Source: Eledone cirrhosa
Taxonomy: Eukaryota
Direction of reading: 5' to 3'
Assembly: GCA_964016885.1 (NCBI GenBank)
Contig: OZ024743.1
Span: 282,286,001 to 282,350,000, forward strand
Length of the DNA: 64,000 bases
The notes under the pieces were generated by a model. The model was not told the origin of the DNA and did not search any database. It saw nothing but the letters and a program-made list of their open reading frames with translations. Of this stretch, positions 28,001 through 39,900 are shown piece after piece (within the stretch, counting starts at the first letter, position 1; every line of letters begins with the position of its first letter). A program made the translations under genes and the position numbers.

Positions 28001-31000
28001 CATTTTACACTGGTTCCTATCCTTATGACTCTGCACTTTCTCATACATTGTCATCACTGCTCTAACCTACCATTCCACCACTCTCAACTTTCTCAATGCC
28101 CATGTCACTATTTCACATGGAACCCTATTGAAAGTTTTCCCCAGATAGCAGATTTTTCCTAATCCTTGTACTTCTGTAACTACCTCACAATAAGAATAGC
28201 ATCAATTGTTCCTTTTCCCAGCACAAAACCAAACTGCATTTCATTAATCTTTACTTTTTGTCTTATAATCTTTTCTAACACTCTTTCCAATACTGCCACT
28301 CCATGTTCCATCGGCTTAATTGTTCTACACAAGCCAGTCTAGAGGATCACTGTTGTACAGAAGGATTAGAGTACTTAACTCCCAATCTATTGGAATAGTG
28401 TTCTTTCACAACAGATCCCTGTCCTCTTCACACTCCAACTTCCTACTGTCTTTAACATATCTCCCCATAATTCCTGTCAGCCCCATTGTCCTGCCACTCT
28501 TCCTCTTTCTCAATGTTTTCTCAACAATTTCCTCTGTCAGCATTGTTTTCTGACACCAACTCTTTTAGTTGTCTCTTACAACATGCAGAGATACGGTGTA
28601 CTATTCTAAACTGCATAATACACAGGCCTTGGTAGCACATTAGGCAACATGTCAGTCTCTGTGACACTACATCTCCCTGAGAATTACATTAAGGGTACTC
28701 ATGTCTGTGGAATGCTCAACCACGTGCCTGTTAATTTCATGAGCAGGCTGTTTCGTTGTTGGAGCAACTGGTACAAACATCATTGAAACCAACGGTGTTC
28801 AATTCCATACCTTGTTTACTAAACAGAAGAAAAAAAAGGAAACAAAGCAGCTACAATTGATAGCAAAGTACTTACTTGTCAACTAGATGTCGAGCTGTGT
28901 TTATTTGTCCCAGAGCAAGTTTGTAATGGTCCCGGTCATAGAGAACATTCATCAAATCAGCATAAAATGGATGAACATCCTATAAGATAGAGAAAGAGAT
29001 TTTAATTTCTCAAAGAACATATATATTTAATAACATAAATTATAGAGGATGCCAGTTATATAAAGGAATGCCAAGTGCTGTCAGTCAGGGAATTGGTGGA
29101 AGAGTGAAGGGACAGTACAGAAGAGGACCCTTGCTAGCAGGGTTTAGAAGAAGTTATTTAGTAGATGTTTGTGTTGAGAATGTATTGTATCACGGAAGTC
29201 ACCATTGAAGATCATCATCATCATCATCATCTTCGTTTAACGTCCATTTTCCACGCTAGCATGGGTTAGACGGAAGATGTTAAAAGCAATGTTGTGGAAA
29301 ATAGCATCTTATGACTTTATAATTGTTTATATATAATTTATTTACAGATTACAAAGGTTAGAAGAATGTCTCTTGAGAGGATAGTTAATGTTATCAATAA
29401 AAAGATTAGAAAGGTTTAAATGGCATGCCAAATTATTAATTAAGAGTTTAAGAAGGTACGGTCAACTGGCTGAGGCATTAGCCAGACCTGTAGTGATATA
29501 TGTTGCTATATATTGTCTATGCTTGAAGGAATAAAAGCAAGAGATGTTTACCTTCACGGTGTTGAGCTGCAAGAGATAGAGTTTCAAATCGCCGCGGGAA
29601 TCCCCCTTCTGGGCGCAAGTTGAGATACATTCTCCTACGCTGGTAGCGATTGGCTGAACTAAGCCAAACAACGTACGGAGAATGTATCTCGACTTCCGCC
29701 CAGAGGGGGGATTCCCGCGGCGATTCGAAACTATCTCTTGCAGCTCGACACCATGAAGGTAAACATCTCTTGCTTTTGTTCCTTCAAGCATAGACAATAT
29801 GTAGCAACAGATATCACTACAGGTCTGGCTAACGCCTCAGCCAGTTGACCGTACCTTCTTAGTCGCTTAATTAATAATTTCTCTTGGCATGCCATTTAAA
29901 CTTTTATTGATAACATTAACTATCCTCTCAAGAGACATTCTTCTAACCTTTGTAATCTGTAAATATATAAACAATTATAAAGTCGTAAGATGGTATTTTC
30001 CACAACATTGCTTTTAACATCTTCAATGGTGACTTCCGTGATACAATACACAGATACACACATTCTCAACTAAATAACTTCTAAATTGGTGACCCTGACG
30101 TGATTCGAACATGCAGTCTTCTGAAATGGAGTCAGACGTTACTTGCATATTGGTGACTCTAAGCTCTTCAACACTCGACTTCGATTCTACTGTGACTTCG
30201 CTTCGATAGCAGCAACAACTCTACTAGCTTCCTAGTAAGAGCGATAACATTCTTATCCCAAAGAAAAGAAAAAGTGAACTTTTTGTTAAAAAACAATTAT
30301 TTTTCTTTGGGATAAAAATGTTTTCGCTCTTACTAGGAAGCTAATAGAGTTGTTGTTGTTGCTGCTATCGAAGCAAAGTCACAGTAAATCTTCAGTAGAA
30401 TCGAAGTTGAGCCTTGTTAGCAGGGAAAGCAGACGTTAAAACGACAATGATGATAATGATGATCCAGATCTAACAGGAAAAGGAACATGAAATGAAATGT
30501 CTTGCTCAAGAACATGTGCTATACAGGCCAGAAATCAAACCCACAGCATTATAATCTTGAGTTCAACAGCATAACTATATGGTCATCACTTAAAGAAAAA
30601 ACTGCTAATATATAATATCAAACATTAATAAATAATACATATATTACATTAAAAATATCAAAATGTCTGCTCATACAAAGAGACATAGTGTTATCCTATA
30701 AAATGTAATATATTACTTGTTGTGTGTGTGTTTGATGGTGACATTTATGTCCCAGAGTTTAGCAGTCCAATGTGAAGATTTTACTTAAAAAAGACTACCA
30801 CCAGGAGAGGCCTCCACCCATACAATATTGCCTCAAAAATGTCTTGTCAACCCATGTTAATATGGAAACGTGGACGTAAAACCCATGAGATGATGATGAA
30901 TCAATAATTTTATTTTAGTTTTGTAACTTTAGTGCACATATTTAAATGAATAATTATGAAACCATTTCATTTATACATATTTTCAGATGACTAATGGAAT

Positions 31001-33904
31001 TTCATTTAGTAACATCTCTTAACTTATTTTGAAAAGATTTAATAATTTCTCTTAATAAAATTCACTACAACTACCTCTACTTTAGATGATGGTGTTGTTA
31101 TTGTTACCCCACTACAACTTAGCTATTAGTATAACATATAGCCCTCTCCTTGTGGATCAACCATTCAAAACTCATCAATTACATAACATTTAATTTCAAT
31201 TATGTTGGGAGTGACATTTTGGCATAATAAACACATTAAGTGAGAATAAAATTCATCAAATAAGATGAGTGCAGTCAGAAAAGTTTCTTTAATTCAAACC
31301 CAGAAAGTTTGCTACAAATGTTCTCCCTTCACACATAACTGTTCATTTAACATAAAAAGATTGAGGCAATATCACAGCACCTTAAAATGTGATTCCAAAA
31401 CAGAGCCCCAAGGAAGAAAATATTAATTTACTGGTGTGAAAAAGTATAATCTGTCATGACCAGGGTTTATCTATCAATAGATGATCAATCTTATTGATTT
31501 CAGGAGGAAGAATGAGCACAAGTGAAATAAAATTGCTACATTGAAAGCAAGTCACAAGTTCCATTTGCCATGAGTCATACCACTTAAACTTCTTCCATGT
31601 AAATCTCCATATGAAAGGTGGAAATATGAAATGCAATGTTATAATGGCATTGACAGTGAGTATAGAGGATCAAGTTGAGTAAGTTCTGCTGATGCACAAT
31701 GTCAACTTACGATAAAGGTTGACTACAAGTGACTTGTGAATGTATGTAGCTACCCAAGAAATTAGACAACTAGGGTGTATTTGGTTTAGAATAAGGCATA
31801 CCATATATCTACGTGTTGTAAGAAGCAATTAAAAGAGTTGGCACCAGGGAGAGCATCCTGCCATAAAACAATAGCTCAAAAAGAACCTCACGACAAGTAT
31901 AACATATGGATAGGATACAGATGAAGTACTTCGTGGGGTTCCTACTCCCTCTCTTCAAAGTGAGGAAGCCAGTCAAAACAAAAGACTTCAGTCCATTTAT
32001 GATGGCATAGTGCCTGGTGTTCCTCATGGAGACTGGTATATGATGTTTGGTATGTGGAATATAAGGACAATGACAGGGAAATCAGAAGTGGTGGATGAAC
32101 TAAGAACATGTGTAGACGTGTTGTGTGCAAGAGACAAGATGAAAGGAAGTGATACAATAAAGATAAGAGGATGACAAGGACAGAAGTACAAGTTTGTGTG
32201 GAAAGGGTGTTCAGAAGGTGTGCATAGTGTTGGTGAGTGAACAGTTGATGGTGAAGCTGGTGATTGGAATATTTTTGATCATCATCTCCAGATATGATCC
32301 ACAGGCAAGACAGTGTCGAAGAGAAAGACAAATTTTGATATGCAATAAAGATGATAGAGAAATTACCATGACAGAAAGGGATTTAAATAGACAAGAGGGA
32401 AGGAATATGGATGGTTTTGAGGGAGTCCAATGGGGGCTACAGGTATGGTGAGAAAAATAGGGGGCATGAAAGGATTTCGGAGTTTGATGGAGCTACGATG
32501 TCAATCTGTTAACACCCAATTCTAGAAAGGCAATTAAACTCATTACATACACATCAGGTTATTAACTGATGACTACATGATTGTACGTGGGCAAGATGGG
32601 AGGAAGCTTCATGATACAAAAGTAATCCCAAAGGAGCTTGTTATACAGCACCATCTAGTTGTCTGTTATTTGACAGTGAAAAGTGGGAGAACTCAGCAGA
32701 AGAAACATCAACCAAGGCAGAAAGTTAAAAGCGGCAACAATAACGGAGGTTCTAAGAGAGAAACTGACTGTTAGAAGATGACACAAATGAACTTGATAGC
32801 ACTTGGATGTCATTGAACAATGGTTTATTCATTAGGAGCTGTTAGGTGATGTGTGTGGATGGACAAAAGGATTAAAAAGACATTTGGAAACACGGTGGTA
32901 GGATGATGAAGTTGGAAATGGAAGGATTCAGAGAACAGAGAGAGAGGGTTATGGTAGTAGAAGAGGCAGTTCATTGAGGCTACAAAGAAGTGGCAAGAGT
33001 ACAAGAGGCACATAAAAGAATGTTTAGAGAATGAATGTATTCAGAGCAGGGTTAAAGAGAGTAGTTTAATATTGCAAGAGAGAAAGATGTGATATGGCAG
33101 GGGTGAACTGCTCAAAAGATAAAGTGGGAGAAGTTGCTGTAGACTCGACTGGAATTAAGGACAGTTAGAAGAGATATTTTGAGAATGAATGAGATGACAA
33201 CAAAGAGGGCAATTCAATTCTCAGACCAGCGGAGAAGATAGCTGACTAAGAAGTTCAGGAAGCAAGAAAGATGAAGAGAATGATGGAGATCTGTAAGGTG
33301 GTAGTGAAAGAAGACCTTATTCCAATAGATTGGTAGTTGAGTACTCTCAAATCTCTATACAAGGGAAAAGGAAATCTTCTAGAATAAAGGTTCTCAACGA
33401 AGGGGCATTATGCAGTAAGGGGGCGTTAGAAGCCCCTTTAGTTTGGTAAGTTTTATAAGTCATATTTGTATGTCTCTTAGACAGTCAGTGATTTGAATGA
33501 AGAAAACAAAAATAAATTAAAGAAGCTTGTCAACGAATTCCCTTGGGAGATAAAAGAAAATCAAAAATCAAGGAGAATGAAAGTAAGGACTACTTCAACA
33601 GAAATGACAAGAAGCAATGGTGGTGAACATACACACACATATATATATACATATACATACACACACCGGCCGGCGTTAGTGTTTGATGAAGTTGAGAACC
33701 TGGTCAGCTCTCAGCCAGAAGTGTGGTATTTAATCTCCCTAGGTAATAAAATCTGGCGACAAAAGTTTTCTCCTTACCAAAGACATAGATCATATCAACA
33801 TCCTTACACACTTAAATATAAATGCATGTATATATACAAATGTATAAATGCATAGTTATATACATACGTAAATGTATGTAGATTTATATATATATATATA
33901 AATC

Positions 33905-33943
<39 letters not shown>

Positions 33944-36900
33944 CTACATACATACATATATAAATCTACATACATACATACATATACATTTACATATGTA
34001 TATAGCTATGCATTTATACATTTGTATATATATATACATGTATTTATATTTAAGTGTGTAACGTTATATATATATATATATATATATGTGTATAATATAT
34101 ATATTATACACACACACACATATATATATATACATATATATATGCAGTGTGACAAGAAGCTTGTTTCCCAACCACATATTTCCGGGTTCAGTCCCACTGC
34201 CCGAGCCGACCAAAGCCCTGTAAGTGGATTTGATAGATCGAAACTAAAAGAAGCCCGCCGTATATATGTCTGTGATTGCCCTCCCACCAATGCTTGTTGG
34301 TTTGTTGACGTCCCCATAACTTACCAAGGTGATGCTCCAAAATGGGCGTAGTCCAGAGACAGAAAAAAAGTAAAATATATATATGTGTGTGTAGAAGAGG
34401 GGTCTCAAACTCAAGGACACAAAAGGGCTATTACGTCCTGGAGGAGACGCACAGTGGGCCAAACATGGTGGTGGGTGAAAATTTTCACCAGTTATGATCA
34501 TTTCTACTATAGGAACAAGGCATGAAATTTGGGGTTTAGGGTTCAGTTGATTGCATCGATCCTAGTACACAACTGGTACTTAATTCATCGACCCCAAAAG
34601 GATGTAAGGCAAAGTTGAGATCGACGGAATTTGAACTCAGAACGTAAAAACAGAAGAAGTCCCGTTAAGCATTTCGCCAGATGTGCTAACGATTCCACCA
34701 GCTCGCCTCCTTATTTCACCAGTTATAATGCGATATGAAATATTGGTTCTACCATGGGCCACATGTGTGAGCTCCCTGTTGGAGATAAATAGACGTGTAC
34801 CAAACACACACACATTTCTTACTCTCTCTGTCCCTCCCTCTTTCTCTCTTCATTTATATATATACTTGTCCGCCATTGCAAAAGGCCATAAATTCAAAAA
34901 ATTTTGGAGAGAGAGGAAAAGAGAAAAAGAGAGAAGAGATCTATGAACTTGTACATCTCACTGACCCCCCCCCCCCCGTCACCACAATAACAATAACGCC
35001 TACACTCGCTCCCCACCATCACCACATTACTCTAAGGTTGCTGTCCTGTCCCCTGTTGACATACTGCTGACTCTCTTTTGATGTATGTATGTGTATATAC
35101 ATATGTGTATGTGTGTGTATATGTATCTCTCAGTGGATGCGACCAAATTTCAACACAGCAACAACAGCAGCAACACCAACAACAACAACAGCAACAACAC
35201 CATCGTCTGTGTTGAATGTGTGTGCGTGTATGTATTTGTATATATGCGACAGCAATAACAGCATCAACACCATTGTCTGCAGCAACAGCAGCAGTGAAAT
35301 GAAGGACAACAACAACAGCAACAACGACAACAACTACAATAACAACTACAGCACCAACAACTGCCACCACCATCACTGACCATCCACCACCACCACCACC
35401 ACCACACTGACACCATCCACCACCGCCATTACCAGCGTAAAGCAAACAATTATTATTGTTATTATTATTATATACAAGCCGAACTGGACTGGGAAAGGTC
35501 AACAGTTGACATGATAGTGATTTTGACGATTTTGACTTTGTATCAGTACTGTCGGTAATATATGTATATATATGTGTTTGTGAATGGTGTGTGTGATTGT
35601 ATGCATGAATGAGTGTTGGTATGTGTGGTTGTGGTTTGTATGCATGAGTATTGGTGTGTGAGTGTTTGTGTGTGCGTCGTGTCAATAAGTTGTTTTTTTG
35701 CTTTTTTTTTGTTTTTTAATGACCATGCTGTAAAATGGAGTGGTAGAGAGGGCCCTTGAGTCTAGTAAGACATCCTCTCTAGTGCTGGTGGCACAAATAA
35801 AAGCACCCAGTCCATGCTGTAAAGTGGCGCTGGTGTTAGGAAGGGCATCTAACCAGTGTATCAATGCCAAAAAGCTTATCAGCACAGCAACAAAACAGCA
35901 TAGGAAAATATGAAGACGTCGCATCTCAGAGTTGCAACACTTAATGTTGGCACTCTCAGAGGTAGATCTGCTGAAATAGCGGAGATGCTGGAGAGAAGGC
36001 AGGTGGATGTGTGCTGCGTGCAAGAGGTGAGATGGAGAGGTGCCTCTGCGAGACTAGTCGTAGGCAAGCGTCTTAGCTATAAGCTATTCTGGGTAGGTAA
36101 GGATGATGGGTTAGGGGGAGTAGGCATTTTCCTGGCTGAGAAATGGATCAATAAGACAATAGAGGTAGTTCGAGTTAGTAATCGAATAATTAAGCTTAGA
36201 TTAGTTGTAGGTAGGAGACTACTGACAATCATCTCGGTCTATGCTCCCCAAGCAGGCCTAGGCAAAGATGAGAAAGACTGCTTTTATGAGCAACTTTTGC
36301 AAACAACCACAATGACAGAGGACGGAGACATCGTTATGCTAGCAGGAGACTTCAATGGTCATGTTGGACAGCTCCAGGATGGTTACACTGGGGTACATGG
36401 TGGGCACGGTTACGGTTCAAGAAATGAAGGAGTGAGACTTCTTGAATTTTGTGATGCGAGTACATTGACTATTTGCAACACAAACTTCCAGAAACCTGCC
36501 AATCACCTAATAACCTACAAATCTGGTGAGCACATAAGCCAGATTGACTTCCTGCTAGTTAGGCAGCGGGACAGGCAGATAGTGTCTAATACCAAGGCAT
36601 ACCCTGGGGAAGAATGTACTCCACAGCATAGGTTAGTTGTTAGTGATATCTCAGTAAGCAAGAGATGGAATGAGACATATAGGAAGGTGTGGAGAAGAAA
36701 GGTCTGGAAGCTAAAAGACCTTTCACTAAAATACAAATTTAGGAAAGCTCTTCAAGATGTATATGACGAAAAAGAAGACGATTTAGAGACGTATGACATA
36801 GATAATAACTGGAAGTTCTTACATGACAACTTGCTGCAGGCTACTGATGAAACCTGTTGCTGGAGCAGAGCTCCAACCAGACAGAGAGTGACCTGGCGGT

Positions 36901-39900
36901 GGAACAGCACAGTAGATAAGGCTATTAGAGACAAAAGACTAGCATGGAAGGCTTGGAAAAAGGGTGGGAGTAGGGAAGAATATACAGCCACTAAGAGAGA
37001 AGCTAGACGTCAGGTGTACTTAGCACGCAGGGAGGCAGAGAGTAGGAGGTTTGCCAATGTTCTGCGACGGGAAGATCAGAGGCGTGCGGTGTTCCACATT
37101 GCAAGGCAGTGTGTCAATGCAAATCAGGATGTTGTTGGAGATAAATGTGTCCGAGATGATGCCGGTGTACTTAGTGTCACGAATGACCAGAAAAAGGAGG
37201 CCTGGAAATGTCATTATGAGAGACTGATAAATGTGGAGAACGAATGGGAGAGAGAGAAATTACCCTTGGTAGATCCGACAGAGGGACCAGCTATTGAGAT
37301 TGACGAATATAGGGTCCAAGAGGCGATTAGGGAAATGAAAAATGGTAAGGCGGCCGGACCATCGTGAATAGTTGCTGAGATGCTGAAGGCATCAGGGGAT
37401 GTAGGCACTAAACTGGTTGCACGCATCATCAATCAGGCTATATATGGTGGTGTCATACCCAAAGACTGGTGCAGCAGTATTCTCATAAATTGCTACAAAG
37501 GTAAAGGGGATGCTTTGGAGAGGAGCAATTATAGGGGTATAAAACTGATAGATCAGGTTATGAAAGTGGCAGAAAGGATTTTAGCACAACTAATTAGAGA
37601 AAGGGTCAAACTAGATGAGATGCAGTTTGGTTTTGTGCCTGGGAAGAGTACAACAGATGCCCTCTTCTTGGTGAGACAAATGCAAAAGAGGTTCTTAGAG
37701 AAGAATAAGCCACTATACTTAGCCTTTGTTGACCTAGAGAAGGCCTTTGATAGGGTACCCGGATCTGTCATCTGGTGGTCCCTAAGGAAGCTAGGTGTTG
37801 AGGAATGGCTTGTGAGGACAGTGAAAACTTTGTACAGAGGTACTCTCAGTAAAGTCAGGGTAGGAATGGAGTTTAGTGAGGAATTCCAGATACAAGTAGG
37901 AGTACATCAGGGTTCGGTCCTCAGCCCGCTCTTGTTCATTATAGTCCTCCAAGCCATAACAGAGGAGTTTAAGACTGGCTGTCCATGGGAACTTCTCTAT
38001 GCTGACGATCTGGCTCTTATAGCAGAATCAGTAGAGGAGCTAGAGAATAAATTCCGGCTATGGAAACAGCAGTTGGAAGCAAGAGGACTGAGAGTAAATC
38101 TAGCTAAGACAAAAGTGTTGATGAGTAGAAAAGAGGACAAAACCCTGATTCCGTCAGGGAAATGGCCATGTTCGATATGCAGAAAAGGAACTGGCATAAA
38201 TTCTATAAAATGCACACAATGCAGGTCCTGGGTACACAAGAGATGTAGCGGGATAGCAGGCAAACTAACAGGTAGGGAGAAATATGTATGCAGTAGATGT
38301 ACAGGGAAATTAGACAGTAGAAGTCGCACTGATAGACACATTTTTCAAATGCGAGAGGGCGCTATAGAAGTGGTGGATAGCTTCCGGTACCTAGGAGATC
38401 AGATTAGCATGGGAGGAGGGTGTTCCGAGGCCATAGTATCTAGAATAAGGACGGGTTGGAAGAAGTTTAGGGAGCTGCTTCCTCTGTTGACGAAGAAGGG
38501 TTTCTCCCTGCGTACGAAAGGCCGGTTGTATGATGCCTGTGTGAGGAGCTCGATGCTGCATGGTAGTGAGACATGGGCAGCAACCGCAGAGGATATGCGA
38601 CGGCTGGAGAGAAATGAGGCAAGCATGCTCCGTTGGATGTGCAGTGTAAATGTGCGTGAACGACCCAGCATAAATGTGTTGAGAGAGAAACTGTGTCTGA
38701 GAGGGATAGAATGTAGTGTACGGGAGAGGAGACTGAGGTGGTATGGACATGTGATGCGCATGGAGGATGACTGATGGGTGAAGAAGTGCCAGGAAATGCC
38801 AGTTGAAGGAAGACGTGGTAGAGGTAGACCACGAAAAACATGGGCGGAGGTGGTGAGAACAAACCTCAGATCATTGAAGCTCACGGTGGAGATGACGAGT
38901 GGAGAGATGCTGTGCTGAATAAGACCCGTCCCACCCTTGCAAGCAGGGAAAAGCGGACGTAAAATGATGATGATGATATATATATGTGTGTGTGTGGAGC
39001 GTTGTTGAAAAGAGCTGTGGCCTTTGACCTGGCAATAAAAAACTGTAGACAAAATTCTTTCTGTACCCAAACCAAGTGTCTGTGTGTGTGTGTGTGTGTC
39101 TATCTATGTTTATATATAAGGGATAAAAATATTGCTTTCTCAGTCGCCAAGCTTCTCAATTCATTCCTTACTACTTTTTTGCAAGGTACTATTTTTCCCT
39201 TGAGTTTGTGATTTCAGAGAAAGGTAAGAAATTCTTCATATTTTGCATCTTTTGTATTTTGACTTTGCAGTTTCAATTGTCTATCCACTCAAAATATTAC
39301 AACAGCTAACAGTGAAATATAGAATTTAAAAAAAAAAAAGCTTTTTCGACTGAGATCAAATGTTTTTTTTATTTAAAAAATATATAATTTGAAATAGCTT
39401 GCTTTTGTTTTGGACTGAAACTTTTTTGTATTTAATTCGTACGAGTATTTTTTAAAGAATCTAAGATAACTTTATTTGGCCCAGTAATCTACTGATATCA
39501 AAATCATTAGTATATTGAAAAATGGAAAAATAGGCTAGGGCAGGGGGGCGTTTCGTGATTTCGAGGGGCAAAAGGGGGTTTGGCCAAAATGGGTTGAGAA
39601 CCTTTGCTCTAGAACATGGCTCATATAGAGCAATTAAGCTTTTGGAACATGGAATAGAGGTATTGGAAGATTAATGAAATGCAGTTTAGATTTGTGCTGG
39701 GAAAAGGAATGATTGATGTTATGTTTATTGTGAGGCAGTACAGGGATGAGCAAAAATTTGTTAATCTGGAGAAAGCTTTTAAGAGGCTTCCATGTAAAAT
39801 AGTGACATAGATATTGAGAAAGTTGAGAGTGGTGGAATGATTGGTTAGACTAGTGATGACAATGTATGAAAAAGTGTGTACAGTTATAAGGAACAATGAT

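Larger units (their letters stand above)
29143..30411. mobile_element. Unclassified composite insertion: palindrome + tRNA-Trp complement + palindrome
   Basis: Flanked by the 14-bp direct repeat ccttgctagcaggg (29129-29142) / ccttgttagcaggg (30412-30425), which splits an RTE-type 3' end. Confidence 0.7.
33385..39606. mobile_element. hAT (Charlie-like) DNA element carrying nested insertions
   Basis: TIRs taaaggttctcaac / gttgagaacctttg; 8-bp TSD ttctagaa / ctctagaa (NTCTAGAN). The host RTE reading frame resumes across it. Confidence 0.8.

Noticed and set aside
29462-29797. 111-aa ORF spanning the palindrome centre
   Set aside because: No recognisable motif; likely a by-product of the more GC-rich symmetric sequence.
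30087-30138. Functional tRNA-Trp gene
   Set aside because: Lacks the 5' acceptor strand, D arm and A box; has an encoded CCA and anticodon-loop substitutions.
35032-35685. ORFs of 67-217 aa with poly-N/G/V/C runs
   Set aside because: Translations of CAA/CAC/TG microsatellites with no domain content.
37365-37379. Programmed readthrough or two-ORF organisation in the RTE
   Set aside because: RTE elements have one ORF; the TGA sits at a conserved Gly codon and a second stop follows at 38772, so simple decay is more likely.
36515-39075. Several minus-strand ORFs over the RTE (and similar ones over Gypsy 49450-52440 and CR1 61866-63058)
   Set aside because: Antisense shadows of transposon coding sequence.
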